Source of the DNA: Shigella phage phi25-307
Sequence record: MG589383
Length of the DNA: 64,000 bases
Direction: 5' to 3' (one strand)
Below, piece after piece: positions 38,133 through 47,291 of this stretch. Under the pieces are notes generated by a model. It was not told where the DNA came from and did no database searches. It saw only the letters and a program-made list of their open reading frames with translations. The translations under genes and the position numbers were made by a program. Numbering within the stretch: the first letter of the stretch is position 1; each line of letters opens with the position of its first letter.

Positions 38133-38347
38133 GTTTTGCTACAAAATTGTTCATAATGCTTTATAACCTCGTTTAAACATTTGTCTGTGAAAGAAAACTT
38201 TTTAGCCACAGAACATTCGATAATGTGCTCTTTCAAATCTTTAGAGTCAGTATAACCCATCTCAGTAATAAAGTGGCGAATTAAAGCTTTATTCTTATCA
38301 TTAACAGAATTAAAATAATCTGCTTTAGAATCAATTATTCTCATCAT
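38129..38347 (-). CDS. Hypothetical protein, 72 aa
   Basis: ORF in the asiA-motA interval. Confidence 0.5.
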   Translation of the reverse strand: MMRIIDSKADYFNSVNDKNKALIRHFITEMGYTDSKDLKEHIIECSVAKKFSFTDKCLNEVIKHYEQFCSKT

Positions 38348-38612
38348 CTAATTTCCTTAATTGATATTGCAACGAGCCAATAATTTCTTCGTTCATTTTA
38401 ATATACATGTCGCGCAAGAAAGGTTTTAACCCATCACGAATAATTGCTAATGTATCACCTTTACATAAATTAACCAAATAAGGATGGTCTAAAGCATCCC
38501 AACCAGGCTGATTAGCATACATACCATAATTTTCTTCCATCATATGATTAAGACGTTTGATATCTTGGATACGTGATTCAATAGCATCTTTCTGGAGTTG
38601 TTTAATATTCAT
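38331..38612 (-). CDS. Hypothetical protein, 93 aa
   Basis: ORF in the asiA-motA interval. Confidence 0.5.
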   Translation of the reverse strand: MNIKQLQKDAIESRIQDIKRLNHMMEENYGMYANQPGWDALDHPYLVNLCKGDTLAIIRDGLKPFLRDMYIKMNEEIIGSLQYQLRKLDDENN

Positions 38613-38874
38613 TAATAAAGGTCCTCTGAATAAAGTTCTTTCTCGCTTCCGCCACGTTCAATTTAAACCTATTAGCTGCACATACTATAACACGTTGAAC
38701 TTTTTGGTCATTATTCCAATAGCACGTTTGCCAACAGATTTCAGGAACTTCATTCATTATATCATCAGCAGAATAATTATAACCGTAGGACTGGAATTTT
38801 TCTGCTAGACTTTCAGGAGTCTCACGAGACAAGGCCAAATCTAATAGCTCTAAACGTTCTTTAAATGATTTCAT
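38602..38874 (-). CDS. Hypothetical protein, 90 aa
   Basis: ORF in the asiA-motA interval. Confidence 0.5.
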   Translation of the reverse strand: MKSFKERLELLDLALSRETPESLAEKFQSYGYNYSADDIMNEVPEICWQTCYWNNDQKVQRVIVCAANRFKLNVAEARKNFIQRTFINEY

Positions 38875-39200
38875 TTAAACCATTCCTTAATACGTTGCCA
38901 AATAGATTTTTGTGCTTGTTTATTTACACCAATCGAACGAATAACTGGTTGTGACTGCTGATATTCTTTATAATCTTCTTTATAGATTTCGTAAGCGGCA
39001 TCAACAAATGAACTGATCGCTGCCATGTAGTTTTTACGAAGGCCGAATGGTGCGTCATTATTTTCACGAATAACCATATATTGGCCTGCTTTAATCTTTA
39101 CAATTGTCCCTAAATAAGCCCCGTGGTACCAAATATCCCATCCTTCCTGAGTAGGTTCTGCACATTTACGAAGTTCGTTAATAATATTCAGCTTATTCAT
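38871..39200 (-). CDS. Hypothetical protein, 109 aa
   Basis: ORF immediately downstream of motA. Confidence 0.55.
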   Translation of the reverse strand: MNKLNIINELRKCAEPTQEGWDIWYHGAYLGTIVKIKAGQYMVIRENNDAPFGLRKNYMAAISSFVDAAYEIYKEDYKEYQQSQPVIRSIGVNKQAQKSIWQRIKEWFK

Positions 39201-39210
39201 TATGTATTCC

Positions 39211-39843
39211 TCACAGTACGTTAGTTACAAGGGTAATGATTTCTTTGGACACATTAGGGAAGTCAATGTAAGTATATTTACCACCGATCTTAATCTTAAC
39301 ATCATTTTCAAGAGAAGTAAACAGCTTTGATTCAGTTTCTGACATGTTATATGCAAATATTCTAAGACAACCGTCTCGACGAATTTCGATCTGACGAATA
39401 CCTAGAACTCGTTTTGCAAATCGAACTTCCAAGTTACTACGGTTTTCACCAATTTCTTTAACTTCAACTTTATCTTTAATATTTTCAAAAACAAAGTTTG
39501 CTAATTCATGCATTTCGGGAGTAACTCCACGTGCTTTTCTAGTGTTACGTTTCTGAAGAAGTTCTGGAGCATTTTCTTGGGCAAAGAGGTCTGCAGCTTT
39601 TTGGATAATATCCATTGCTTCGCCTGTTGCTATAAGTCCATCACCAGATTTTTCGACTAAACCTTTCTTAATCAATACACCAATGTTAGAGTTAACAACC
39701 GATGCATTGTATTCCGCTTCCAGAGCTTCACGGACATTGGCAGCAGTGGTGAAGTTGTTCTTAATGATATAAACCATTATTGCAGCAGTTTTTTCATTCA
39801 GAGCGTTTTCGGAAGCTTTGATGATGTAAGCAACTTTAGACAT
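39211..39843 (-). CDS. motA: Middle transcription activator MotA, 210 aa
   Basis: Size close to T4 MotA (211 aa); close match to remembered sequence (IIKAS...LNEKTA, NSNIGVLIKKGLVEKSGDGLI.TGEA.DII, QENAPELL.KR.TRKAR). Confidence 0.9.
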   Translation of the reverse strand: MSKVAYIIKASENALNEKTAAIMVYIIKNNFTTAANVREALEAEYNASVVNSNIGVLIKKGLVEKSGDGLIATGEAMDIIQKAADLFAQENAPELLQKRNTRKARGVTPEMHELANFVFENIKDKVEVKEIGENRSNLEVRFAKRVLGIRQIEIRRDGCLRIFAYNMSETESKLFTSLENDVKIKIGGKYTYIDFPNVSKEIITLVTNVL

Positions 39844-39882
39844 TTTATTTCTCCAATTTGGTTGTTTTGTTTTGATAGGTCT

Positions 39883-39911
39883 ATAATATCATGTTTGAAG
39901 CACATGTAAAC
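39883..39911 (-). promoter_or_regulatory. Early promoter for motA (GTTTAC, 17 nt, TATTAT)
   Basis: Minus strand GTTTACATGTGCTTCAAACATGATATTATAGACC. Confidence 0.5.
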
Positions 39912-39929
39912 TGTTTTGTGAGAAAAATG

Positions 39930-39952
39930 CACAAAAGGGAGCCGAAGCTCCC
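39930..39952 (-). terminator. Intrinsic terminator downstream of gene 52
   Basis: GGGAGC-UUCG-GCUCCC hairpin followed by UUUUGUG on the minus strand. Confidence 0.6.
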
Positions 39953-40028
39953 TAATCGTGTTTGTCCAACCAATACAGCCAAATCACTAGTGCAGCTATT
40001 GCACCGAGAAATCCTAAGGCTAGGGCAC

Positions 40029-41354
40029 TCAAAGTGCCTCCAAGTCTTTAGTGTACTCTGTCACAACATCAGTAGACTTCCAATACTCATTTTCTTCTTT
40101 CTTAGCTTTAGCTTCTTCTGCCAGTTTACGTGCTTCGTCGGAAGTGATATGGAAGATGTTAAGGCCTACCAGTTTATCGACATGTTCTTTATACATTTCG
40201 ATTTGTGCTAGCTCTTCAGTCAAAGCTTTACGAGTCTTGCCCTGAATCACAATTTCGCCACTGATAACTTTTTTGATGAAGTGTGCCTTAGCAAAAGCCA
40301 GTTTAAATGCTTTTTCAGATTCAAGGATTTTGTTGTCAATACGTTTCTGAACGTAAGTCTTACGGACTTCAACAAAATCTTTGATTAAGTCCACTACGTT
40401 ATCATAGACGGCTAATTTACCCTTTTCATTAATCACTGTGATGTTTTGTGAACGACGTTCGATGAGACTAAAATCTTTCATGATTTTTTCATGACGTAGC
40501 TCTTCATCATCAGGAAGCGAGTACTCTTTACGGAACTTCACCTTAAACCCAAAGCCGTGTTCACCACAATCATCTTCCCATGAGATTAGACCTTTGTCTT
40601 CCAATGGGTCAAGAACCTTACTCACATACGTTTCACGGTCGAATTTATATGGGATTTCAGTTATCTGCATTTGAGTGCGAGATGTGAACTTATATGTTCC
40701 GTGAATCTCATAACGCCCATCAACTTCGTGTACTTCACCACGGAATTCCGGGAATTCAACTTTTGGCTTAGTGACATTTTTACCTTGAAGAGCTTGTAAT
40801 ACGGCCTTTTTTACCGATTTAAAACTATGAGGCAGAATATTTGTTGCGTAACCGGTTGCAATACCAGAGACACCATTCAAAAGAACTGTCGGAATAATAG
40901 GAAGATAGAATTTTGGTGGAATGTGTTCTTTATCTTCATGGGCTGGAGCATATTCAGTATCTTTATATACGTTATAGAAATTTTTACTTACACGAGCAAA
41001 AATATAACGAGATGCTGCAGCTTTTTGGACTGTTCGAGAACCAAAGTTGCCTTGGCCATCTAACAGTGGATAGTTGTTGTTCCATGTGTTAGCCATCAAT
41101 GCACCTGCATCTTGTGCAGAAGATTCACCATGGTGATAACCTAAATCTGCAACACCGCCTGCAATTGACGCAAGTTTATGAAATTTTTCTTTATTACCAC
41201 GAGCCAAATCTAACGCACGATGAACCACAAAACGTTGAACCGGCTTAAATCCATCAATCATGTTTGGGATTGCACGGTTTTCAACGGTGTACATCGCGTA
41301 TGCTAAGGCTTCGTTATCAATAATACTTTTTAGATTACGAGAATTCAATTGCAT
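40029..41354 (-). CDS. 52: DNA topoisomerase II medium subunit gp52, 441 aa
   Basis: Size close to T4 gp52 (442 aa); GyrA-like N-terminal region with near-identity to remembered T4 gp52 (IDNEALAYAMYTVENRAIPNMIDGFKPVQRF). Confidence 0.95.
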   Translation of the reverse strand: MQLNSRNLKSIIDNEALAYAMYTVENRAIPNMIDGFKPVQRFVVHRALDLARGNKEKFHKLASIAGGVADLGYHHGESSAQDAGALMANTWNNNYPLLDGQGNFGSRTVQKAAASRYIFARVSKNFYNVYKDTEYAPAHEDKEHIPPKFYLPIIPTVLLNGVSGIATGYATNILPHSFKSVKKAVLQALQGKNVTKPKVEFPEFRGEVHEVDGRYEIHGTYKFTSRTQMQITEIPYKFDRETYVSKVLDPLEDKGLISWEDDCGEHGFGFKVKFRKEYSLPDDEELRHEKIMKDFSLIERRSQNITVINEKGKLAVYDNVVDLIKDFVEVRKTYVQKRIDNKILESEKAFKLAFAKAHFIKKVISGEIVIQGKTRKALTEELAQIEMYKEHVDKLVGLNIFHITSDEARKLAEEAKAKKEENEYWKSTDVVTEYTKDLEAL

Positions 41355-41358
41355 ATTT

Positions 41359-41499
41359 TCACCATATTAATGAACGAATAGCCATTATAACATCTGAAAT
41401 GAAAAGCACTACTTGGATTAGCCCAAACATCACACCATAGTACAGAACCGTAAGCAACAACAAGAGCCCGAAGGCTCCTGCTAAGATTTTCTTAATCAT
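41359..41499 (-). CDS. Small hydrophobic protein, 46 aa (52.1 position; uncertain)
   Basis: Hand translation MIKKILAGAFGLLLLLTVLYYGVMFGLIQVVLFISDVIMAIRSLIW; a UUCG hairpin (41463-41478) lies inside it, so it may be a terminator region rather than a gene. Confidence 0.3.
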   Translation of the reverse strand: MIKKILAGAFGLLLLLTVLYYGVMFGLIQVVLFISDVIMAIRSLIW

Positions 41500-41644
41500 T
41501 ACTCGCCTTTAATACGTTAAAAAGAGCTAAGACCGCTAAGGTACCTTGTGACACAGCCTGTTGAAATACTGTTGTTTCGCCTGTAACTAAAGTGTTAACG
41601 AATAAAAACGACCAACACAGCAATGCAATAATCCATGCTACCAT
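41492..41644 (-). CDS. ac: Ac-like small membrane protein, 50 aa
   Basis: Hand translation MVAWIIALLCWSFLFVNTLVTGETTVFQQAVSQGTLAVLALFNVLKASND; SD GAGGT; size and position (between ndd and 52) match T4 ac (51 aa). Confidence 0.5.
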   Translation of the reverse strand: MVAWIIALLCWSFLFVNTLVTGETTVFQQAVSQGTLAVLALFNVLKASND

Positions 41645-41670
41645 TTTAATTACCTCAAAAATAAATTAAA

Positions 41671-41689
41671 GGCCTAGCTTAATAGGCCT
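41671..41689 (-). terminator. Stem-loop after ndd (AGGCCUA...UAGGCCU) followed by AU-rich run
   Basis: 7-bp stem; minus strand continues TTAATTTATTTTT. Confidence 0.45.
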
Positions 41690-41696
41690 GTATAAA

Positions 41697-42143
41697 TTAG
41701 TAACTCTGCAGAATGAATTTGAAGTTATCAGCCAGAAGACGGTTCATTTCAGTGAGTGTTTGATATTCTGATGTATGGTTGCGAGTGAATGCCAGAGCCA
41801 ATTGACCTTTACCGTAACCAGTAGTCAGGGGTTTCATGTTCTTAGCTGCAACAAAGATTACATCATATTCAATATTGTTAGTGCCCATGGTACGGGCTAG
41901 TTGCGAACGGCCTTGACGAATGTGAGAAAGAATTGCATCTAACCCTTGTTTAGAACGTTGACGTCCTACAAAGAATCGTGCTGCTACTTGACGCCAATCA
42001 GATGAACCTTTAACAAAGAAGTAAAAACCTTCACGAGAACGAAACTCTTTAGAAACTTCAGAACCGTATTCGCCATTACGAACTACTGCAACAACTTCAC
42101 CGCCAACTGCCAGAAGGTCTTTACGAGTTAAATATTTGGACAT
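41697..42143 (-). CDS. ndd: Nucleoid disruption protein Ndd, 148 aa
   Basis: Close match to remembered T4 Ndd ([63 protein letters not shown]). Confidence 0.9.
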   Translation of the reverse strand: MSKYLTRKDLLAVGGEVVAVVRNGEYGSEVSKEFRSREGFYFFVKGSSDWRQVAARFFVGRQRSKQGLDAILSHIRQGRSQLARTMGTNNIEYDVIFVAAKNMKPLTTGYGKGQLALAFTRNHTSEYQTLTEMNRLLADNFKFILQSY

Positions 42144-42188
42144 GCTAATTTCCTCAATTGATTAATGATTTTATTATCCAATGAGAGC

Positions 42189-42218
42189 ATTATACTCTGC
42201 TCTCAAGAGTTTGTACAA
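42189..42218 (-). promoter_or_regulatory. Early promoter for ndd (TTGTACA, 18 nt, TATAAT) with GAGAGCA/TGCTCTC inverted repeat
   Basis: Minus strand TTGTACAAACTCTTGAGAGCAGAGTATAATGCTCTCA. Confidence 0.55.
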
Positions 42219-42220
42219 TT

Positions 42221-42421
42221 TTATTCGGCTATATCAGAACGTTCAAAAAGCTCTTCAACAGTTAAACATTCGGTGTCGTCCTCAATAAAGAATCGAGTCC
42301 AACACGTTGGGGCGATACAGTTATGAGTTTGTCCGGCGATAGAAGCTACACGAATAAGCTGCTGACCATTATTCAGAACAAATTTTTCACCAATTTCAAC
42401 ATCTTTAAAAAGCTTAGCCAT
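42221..42421 (-). CDS. Hypothetical protein, 66 aa
   Basis: ORF downstream of the cassette at 42443-42479. Confidence 0.5.
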   Translation of the reverse strand: MAKLFKDVEIGEKFVLNNGQQLIRVASIAGQTHNCIAPTCWTRFFIEDDTECLTVEELFERSDIAE

Positions 42422-42442
42422 TTTGTGTTCCTCATGTTTCAG

Positions 42443-42479
42443 TAGGACTACTATACCATAATCCTACCTTGATGTAAAC
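42443..42479 (-). promoter_or_regulatory. PeSL-like early promoter cassette (family B)
   Basis: Minus strand GTTTACATCAAGGTAGGATTATGGTATAGTAGTCCTACTG. Confidence 0.55.
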
Positions 42480-42481
42480 AA

Positions 42482-42592
42482 TTAAATTACATTAAAATAT
42501 GTTAAAGCCAACCATGTTCCAGTGAACGAACATACGATGTAAAAACCCGTATCACAAATTGTTCTTAGTACAATAAGAAGCGCATTTTTCAT
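42482..42592 (-). CDS. Hydrophobic micro-protein, 36 aa (below ORF-track cut-off)
   Basis: Hand translation MKNALLIVLRTICDTGFYIVCSFTGTWLALTYFNVI; ATG overlaps the stop of the preceding micro-ORF (ATGA). Confidence 0.3.
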   Translation of the reverse strand: MKNALLIVLRTICDTGFYIVCSFTGTWLALTYFNVI

Positions 42593-42675
42593 AAGTACCT
42601 CAATGCAATTGAAAATATTATACAAATCATAGGGATACTAAGCAACCATATTCCGATCCACATTTTAGAGCTCAT
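42589..42675 (-). CDS. Hydrophobic micro-protein, 28 aa (below ORF-track cut-off)
   Basis: Hand translation MSSKMWIGIWLLSIPMICIIFSIALRYL; ATG overlaps the stop of ORF 42672..42935 (ATGA). Confidence 0.3.
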   Translation of the reverse strand: MSSKMWIGIWLLSIPMICIIFSIALRYL

Positions 42676-42935
42676 ATCTCAACTTCCGCGAGTTCCATAT
42701 ATCCTTTGTTGATAACCTCTTTAAGGTCTTTAGAAAGAATAACACTAAAATGGTCGTTCATATGTCCATTAACTAAACGAGTTATTTCTGCTTCAGATGA
42801 CATATAAGGCACGTCTGAGTCCCAATGAGATAGACTCAAATGGGTATAAATCATCCCTTCGTCATCTGCGGTGTTGTACATTGAAACAAATTCGCCTGTT
42901 ACTTTATGTTTTGCGTAGAAAAATTTAAATTTCAT
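42672..42935 (-). CDS. Hypothetical protein, 87 aa
   Basis: ORF downstream of the cassette at 42964-43001. Confidence 0.55.
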   Translation of the reverse strand: MKFKFFYAKHKVTGEFVSMYNTADDEGMIYTHLSLSHWDSDVPYMSSEAEITRLVNGHMNDHFSVILSKDLKEVINKGYMELAEVEI

Positions 42936-42963
42936 GATGTTATCCTCTTTTAGATAGGACTAC

Positions 42964-43001
42964 TATATCATAGTCCTACTTAGTTGTAAACACTTTTATG
43001 A
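42964..43001 (-). promoter_or_regulatory. PeSL-like early promoter cassette (family B) with perfect 8-bp inverted repeat
   Basis: Minus strand GTTTACAACTAAGTAGGACTATGATATAGTAGTCCTATC. Confidence 0.55.
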
Positions 43002-43003
43002 AA

Positions 43004-43480
43004 TTAAAGATGAAGATACCACCCGTTGTAGTTGCTCTTGCGGACGATTTTCTTTAGGTCTTCATGGTCTCCCACGAACTTTATAGAATAAGAGAAGACG
43101 TCAGGTGAGGTTTCTTTGACATCTAATATAATAATGCAATCTGCGACTCGATGGTTCAAGAAGGGCCCTATATTGATTCCATTACCACCCGGATAATCAC
43201 CACTGTATCCTGTGGTAACCGAAATCCATTTAGAATCTATCTGGTGTGTCTTGACTTCTACACGAATTCCACAATACTTGGGATGGGCTAACACGTCCCA
43301 TGCATACGTGTACGGGTCTTCTACGTCTTCAATACCTTTATTAACATATCCGTCTAGCCAATTTGCTACTACATACTCTGCAAAGACCGCAACCTTACAA
43401 CGTCGAACTACGTCTTCTTTTATTTGACCTGGATCTTGTTTCAACGAGTACCGAGCAGTGTCAGCAATCTTCACCTTCAT
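43004..43480 (-). CDS. Putative PD-(D/E)xK-like nuclease, 158 aa (possibly DenB / endonuclease IV by position; start uncertain)
   Basis: D...EVK and LDVKE motifs; position between rIIB and ndd; the track ORF extends to 43624 (206 aa) and an internal Met would give 185 aa. Identity is not established. Confidence 0.35.
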   Translation of the reverse strand: MKVKIADTARYSLKQDPGQIKEDVVRRCKVAVFAEYVVANWLDGYVNKGIEDVEDPYTYAWDVLAHPKYCGIRVEVKTHQIDSKWISVTTGYSGDYPGGNGINIGPFLNHRVADCIIILDVKETSPDVFSYSIKFVGDHEDLKKIVRKSNYNGWYLHL

Positions 43481-43496
43481 TTCACTAGTCAAAAAC

Positions 43497-43784
43497 TCAT
43501 TCGACAGGATAAATGTCGGAAGATTCTTCAGTCTCAACAGTCCCAAGTTCGTCTTTACCATAGATACCTCTGATGTGTAGTTCGCCAAAATAAATGCGGT
43601 CACCTTCTTCAAGATATTCTGCATCTACAGGCGGAATTTCAATAACAACTTCGTCACATTCTAACCAGCCGTAGTGTGCATCGCCAGGATGTTTTACCAA
43701 TTTAGCACAATAAACTGATTTACACTTATGATGACCACGAAGATTAGCAATTTTGGATTCTGATACGTCAAATGGATGAATCAT
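43497..43784 (-). CDS. Hypothetical Cys/His-containing protein, 95 aa
   Basis: Start trimmed to ATG 43784, which follows the rIIB terminator and AGGGG; contains HHKCKSVYC. Confidence 0.5.
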   Translation of the reverse strand: MIHPFDVSESKIANLRGHHKCKSVYCAKLVKHPGDAHYGWLECDEVVIEIPPVDAEYLEEGDRIYFGELHIRGIYGKDELGTVETEESSDIYPVE

Positions 43785-43796
43785 AATTACCCCTAA

Positions 43797-43822
43797 AGAA
43801 AAAAAAGGGGACCGAAGTCCCC
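43797..43822 (-). terminator. Intrinsic terminator after rIIB
   Basis: GGGGAC-UUCG-GUCCCC hairpin followed by UUUUUUUU on the minus strand. Confidence 0.7.
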
Positions 43823-43827
43823 AATTA

Positions 43828-44763
43828 TTATTCTGCAAATAATTCAGTAACGTCTGAAATTACTTCATAACGACAAGTACGCATCTTAGCATCACCATAG
43901 TCAACTGGGATAGATACAACATCACGTGGATGAACTTTAACCTTAACAACTTTATCTGAGCTAGAACCAAAGTAACGAATATATGATTTAGCACAAACAT
44001 GTAGACCACGGGAACAAGTTTGTGTATCATCATCGTTAACACGAGTACGAGGCATTGAAACAACTTTACCAGGCGAGTTATCAAATGTGCCACTATAGCA
44101 ATCTAAATAGTCTTTACGAACTACTTTCCACGCATAGAAATGCCCATCTTCAGTGATTTCAATATCGTTTGCAACCAAGAAGTCGAATAAACGTTGTACA
44201 GCTTTTTCGCTTGGGTTTTCTAACAGGTTTTCAAGGAACGGCAGATAGAATTTAAAGTCTTCGCCTTTTTCCATGGAATCAATAATACGATTAACCAGTC
44301 CTGAACGAATTTCTATACCTTGATAAAATAAACTACCACCTTCAATAGTAACATTACCGTCAACAAACTTAGTAATAGCTTTCTTGATGTTAATAAGTTC
44401 GACAGCTTTACTAAGGTTTCCTGCGACCAAATTGGCTTTAATTTCTTCAAAATTTGCATGACTTGTTGGGGTCGCATTGTATGCTACGCGTCCTTCAATG
44501 ATTGAAATAAATTTAGATGACGCGTTCCATACGATTTCTGGACGATGACCTGTAATAATAGGTTCATTATTTTCTGGGACCTGTTCTTCGTCTTCAAATT
44601 CAGCTGCTTTCTCTTCAGCTTTAAAATTCTTAACAATCTTACGAAGAGTATCTGTTGAAATGCCGAAGTAATCGGCAATTTCTTTACGAGTCCATTTGCC
44701 TGATTCAACCAGGCCGTAAGCTTCTAACTGTTCTTCTTGGGACAAGCATTTAATATTGTACAT
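43828..44763 (-). CDS. rIIB: rIIB protein, 311 aa
   Basis: Size close to T4 rIIB (312 aa); extensive identity to remembered sequence (FYLPFLENLLENPS.KAV.RLFDFLVANDIEITEDG.FYAWKVVR, KVKVHPRDVVSIP). Confidence 0.95.
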   Translation of the reverse strand: MYNIKCLSQEEQLEAYGLVESGKWTRKEIADYFGISTDTLRKIVKNFKAEEKAAEFEDEEQVPENNEPIITGHRPEIVWNASSKFISIIEGRVAYNATPTSHANFEEIKANLVAGNLSKAVELINIKKAITKFVDGNVTIEGGSLFYQGIEIRSGLVNRIIDSMEKGEDFKFYLPFLENLLENPSEKAVQRLFDFLVANDIEITEDGHFYAWKVVRKDYLDCYSGTFDNSPGKVVSMPRTRVNDDDTQTCSRGLHVCAKSYIRYFGSSSDKVVKVKVHPRDVVSIPVDYGDAKMRTCRYEVISDVTELFAE

Positions 44764-44772
44764 AATGTTTCC

Positions 44773-46986
44773 TTATTTGGCCGCTTCCACGGCCTTCATG
44801 AATTTAACGATTTGAGCGACCTGTTCTTTGGAAAGAGTACCACGTCGTCCCATGTATTCTGACACAATATGATAATTGGTTTCGAATTCAATAACCATTT
44901 TATCATCATTATCGTAAGCATTATCTTTAAGCTTATCGAAAATTTTAGCACACAATTCTAACTTCTTATTCAGGTCTGTATTAGTAGCACCTGCGAATCG
45001 ATTCCATCCCCAACGATTATTTACTGTTGAGAGTTTTGCAAAGTCTTTACTGATTTCTTTGTTCTTAGAGCTAAAATACTTACTAAGGAAGTTAAGCTCT
45101 TCGTTACGAGTAATATGATTCAAATAAGGCTGTGCTCTACGACTTGGTGATACATACTCATCATAATCCACTTTGTCAATTAGCGTAATATAGTCATTAA
45201 TTGATTTTTCGAACAAGCATTCTACTTCACCAAGTTTACGAACTTTCTTAGCAATCTGTGGACGGACTACAGTGAACTCTTTAATACCTGACAAATCAGC
45301 AATACGAGTCAAGAAACTAGAATCATAGTTCAACCAACCTTTATCTGCGTCAAGACATTCGGCGTTAGAACGATTACGAATTACAACATAACCTTGAATC
45401 TCATCGGCTTTACCGGCCGGAATAAAGAGATCTTCTGATACCCAAACATCGTTTTCATTCTTAAAGAACCGATGAGCACTTGGGGATTTAGGACGAGGCT
45501 GCGATGAACGTTCTTTAACTTCAATCCACGGTTTAACTAATGCAAGAATTTCAGAGGTCTTATAAAATTTAAGGCTATCACCAGCGAAAATAACCTTTAA
45601 TCGTTCTAGAAGTTTCATTGCAACTTCATCTTCCGGATTAACGAATAATACGCTACTACCCCATCCGGAAGGAACCTTATCAACGAGTGTTGATGCATCG
45701 GTGGAAGTCAAAGCATCGTTCAGAGCACGCATCATTGGTACGCGGCCTTTCACATCGTCAATAACAATATCAATATGCTTACGACTAATACCTAGCAGGC
45801 TATTAATTGAAATAGTTGAAGACGAGCTTCCGCTTTCACGAATACGACGAAGTCGTGGATCTGAAACGATATCGTATACAACACCAAGGTTGCACCATTC
45901 AGGTCCCATTTTAAACCGTTTGTACAACTCAGAATAAGTTAGCTGTTCTTTAGAATATTTCAGTGATTCAATATTAGAACCGGCTTTTTCCATGTATTTA
46001 CGAGCAGAGTAACCAAGAGAATCGATTTCACGGAATACATGACGTGGATATTCACAATCAATCCATTTCTTAGAATCTTCAGCAAATAATTTTGCATCGA
46101 TTTCTGCAACACGTTTATGGATATTTGCTACTGTACGTTTATCAAATGACAATGCTTCACGAGACGGGGCTACATCTAGTTCACCCATAGGGAATTTAAT
46201 ATAAGCTGTAGTGCATCGCGTCATCATCCATGTTTGTTCTTTAATAACACTTCCGATTGGATATACAATACCACCATAAACAGCCATGATATTACCACGT
46301 TCACCCCATGGAGCTTCCTTGGCTAAATAAACATCATCGAATTCCGGGAAGTATTTGATATCTTTAACACCACGAACTTCTGCAATATCGCCGAGAGGAC
46401 GCATAACATATGCAATTTCAGATGCGAACTTTTCAAAATCTTCTGGGTTAACCGGTACAACTACTTCTACACCCGTACGGTCATCAGGGCCCATCTTATC
46501 TACAAAGGTTGGCTTAATCTGTGGACCGCTGTCATCTTGATAAATTACATAACCACGAACTTCACCGTTGTGATAAGACGTAAGGTTAAACGTATCGGTA
46601 TACGCTAGTGGAGCTTTAGAGCCGAGTCCGAATCCACCAATGAAATCGTTACTCGATGTTTTAGTTGAAGCAAAATATGAATTATAGATTCCTGGCTCTT
46701 CGTCATTACCTCGAATGGTGAAATCACTCATACCAGGACCAAAGTCTCGAACTACAAAACGTGGGTCTAAACGACCTGGAGCCTGAACAATAAACTTATC
46801 AGTGCAACCATTAAGAATTTGACCATCGATACAGTTTGTGATTAATTCGCGTACACAAGCCAATTCTTTGTTTGTATAAAGGTCATTAGACAAAATCTTA
46901 TAAACTTTGCTATTGCCTTGAATAGTAAATGCTGTGCTCTTATCGCCTGAACCAATAATCGTTTCTTTAGCCGTTTCAATAATCAT
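44773..46986 (-). CDS. rIIA: rIIA protein, 737 aa
   Basis: Size close to T4 rIIA (about 725 aa); N-terminal GHKL-ATPase-like region matching remembered T4 rIIA (ELITN.ID...FGPGMSDF, YNSYF.S.K..SNDFIGGFGLGSK). Confidence 0.95.
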   Translation of the reverse strand: MIIETAKETIIGSGDKSTAFTIQGNSKVYKILSNDLYTNKELACVRELITNCIDGQILNGCTDKFIVQAPGRLDPRFVVRDFGPGMSDFTIRGNDEEPGIYNSYFASTKTSSNDFIGGFGLGSKAPLAYTDTFNLTSYHNGEVRGYVIYQDDSGPQIKPTFVDKMGPDDRTGVEVVVPVNPEDFEKFASEIAYVMRPLGDIAEVRGVKDIKYFPEFDDVYLAKEAPWGERGNIMAVYGGIVYPIGSVIKEQTWMMTRCTTAYIKFPMGELDVAPSREALSFDKRTVANIHKRVAEIDAKLFAEDSKKWIDCEYPRHVFREIDSLGYSARKYMEKAGSNIESLKYSKEQLTYSELYKRFKMGPEWCNLGVVYDIVSDPRLRRIRESGSSSSTISINSLLGISRKHIDIVIDDVKGRVPMMRALNDALTSTDASTLVDKVPSGWGSSVLFVNPEDEVAMKLLERLKVIFAGDSLKFYKTSEILALVKPWIEVKERSSQPRPKSPSAHRFFKNENDVWVSEDLFIPAGKADEIQGYVVIRNRSNAECLDADKGWLNYDSSFLTRIADLSGIKEFTVVRPQIAKKVRKLGEVECLFEKSINDYITLIDKVDYDEYVSPSRRAQPYLNHITRNEELNFLSKYFSSKNKEISKDFAKLSTVNNRWGWNRFAGATNTDLNKKLELCAKIFDKLKDNAYDNDDKMVIEFETNYHIVSEYMGRRGTLSKEQVAQIVKFMKAVEAAK

Positions 46987-46998
46987 ATTTTTCTCTCA

Positions 46999-47199
46999 TC
47001 ACAAGTTACGTTTAAAAATTTCTGCTACTTCAAGAAGTTCTTCTTTAGTAGCTGTATCGGTTTGTATTTTATATCGAATTTCCTTAAAGCGTTCTTTAAA
47101 GGCTTCAGCTGATTCGATATCAAAAAATCTTTGGATAAGCCGGAATTCCCGGAGCACAGCTTTATCAAAAAGTTCCAAGTCCACGTTATATGTTCTCAT
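46999..47199 (-). CDS. Hypothetical protein, 66 aa (rIIA.1 position)
   Basis: ORF directly upstream of rIIA. Confidence 0.5.
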   Translation of the reverse strand: MRTYNVDLELFDKAVLREFRLIQRFFDIESAEAFKERFKEIRYKIQTDTATKEELLEVAEIFKRNL

Positions 47200-47224
47200 A
47201 ATATTCTCTTCAGTAGATTCCTAG

Positions 47225-47275
47225 GGCACTATTACTAAAGACCATATAATCTATCATCTTATGTGTAATAGTGCC
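47225..47275. repeat. 11-bp inverted repeat (GGCACTATTAC / GTAATAGTGCC) around a 29-nt AT-rich loop containing TATAAT
   Basis: Perfect arms at 47225-47235 and 47265-47275. Confidence 0.6.
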
Positions 47276-47291
47276 TCAGGCTATTCAGGAT

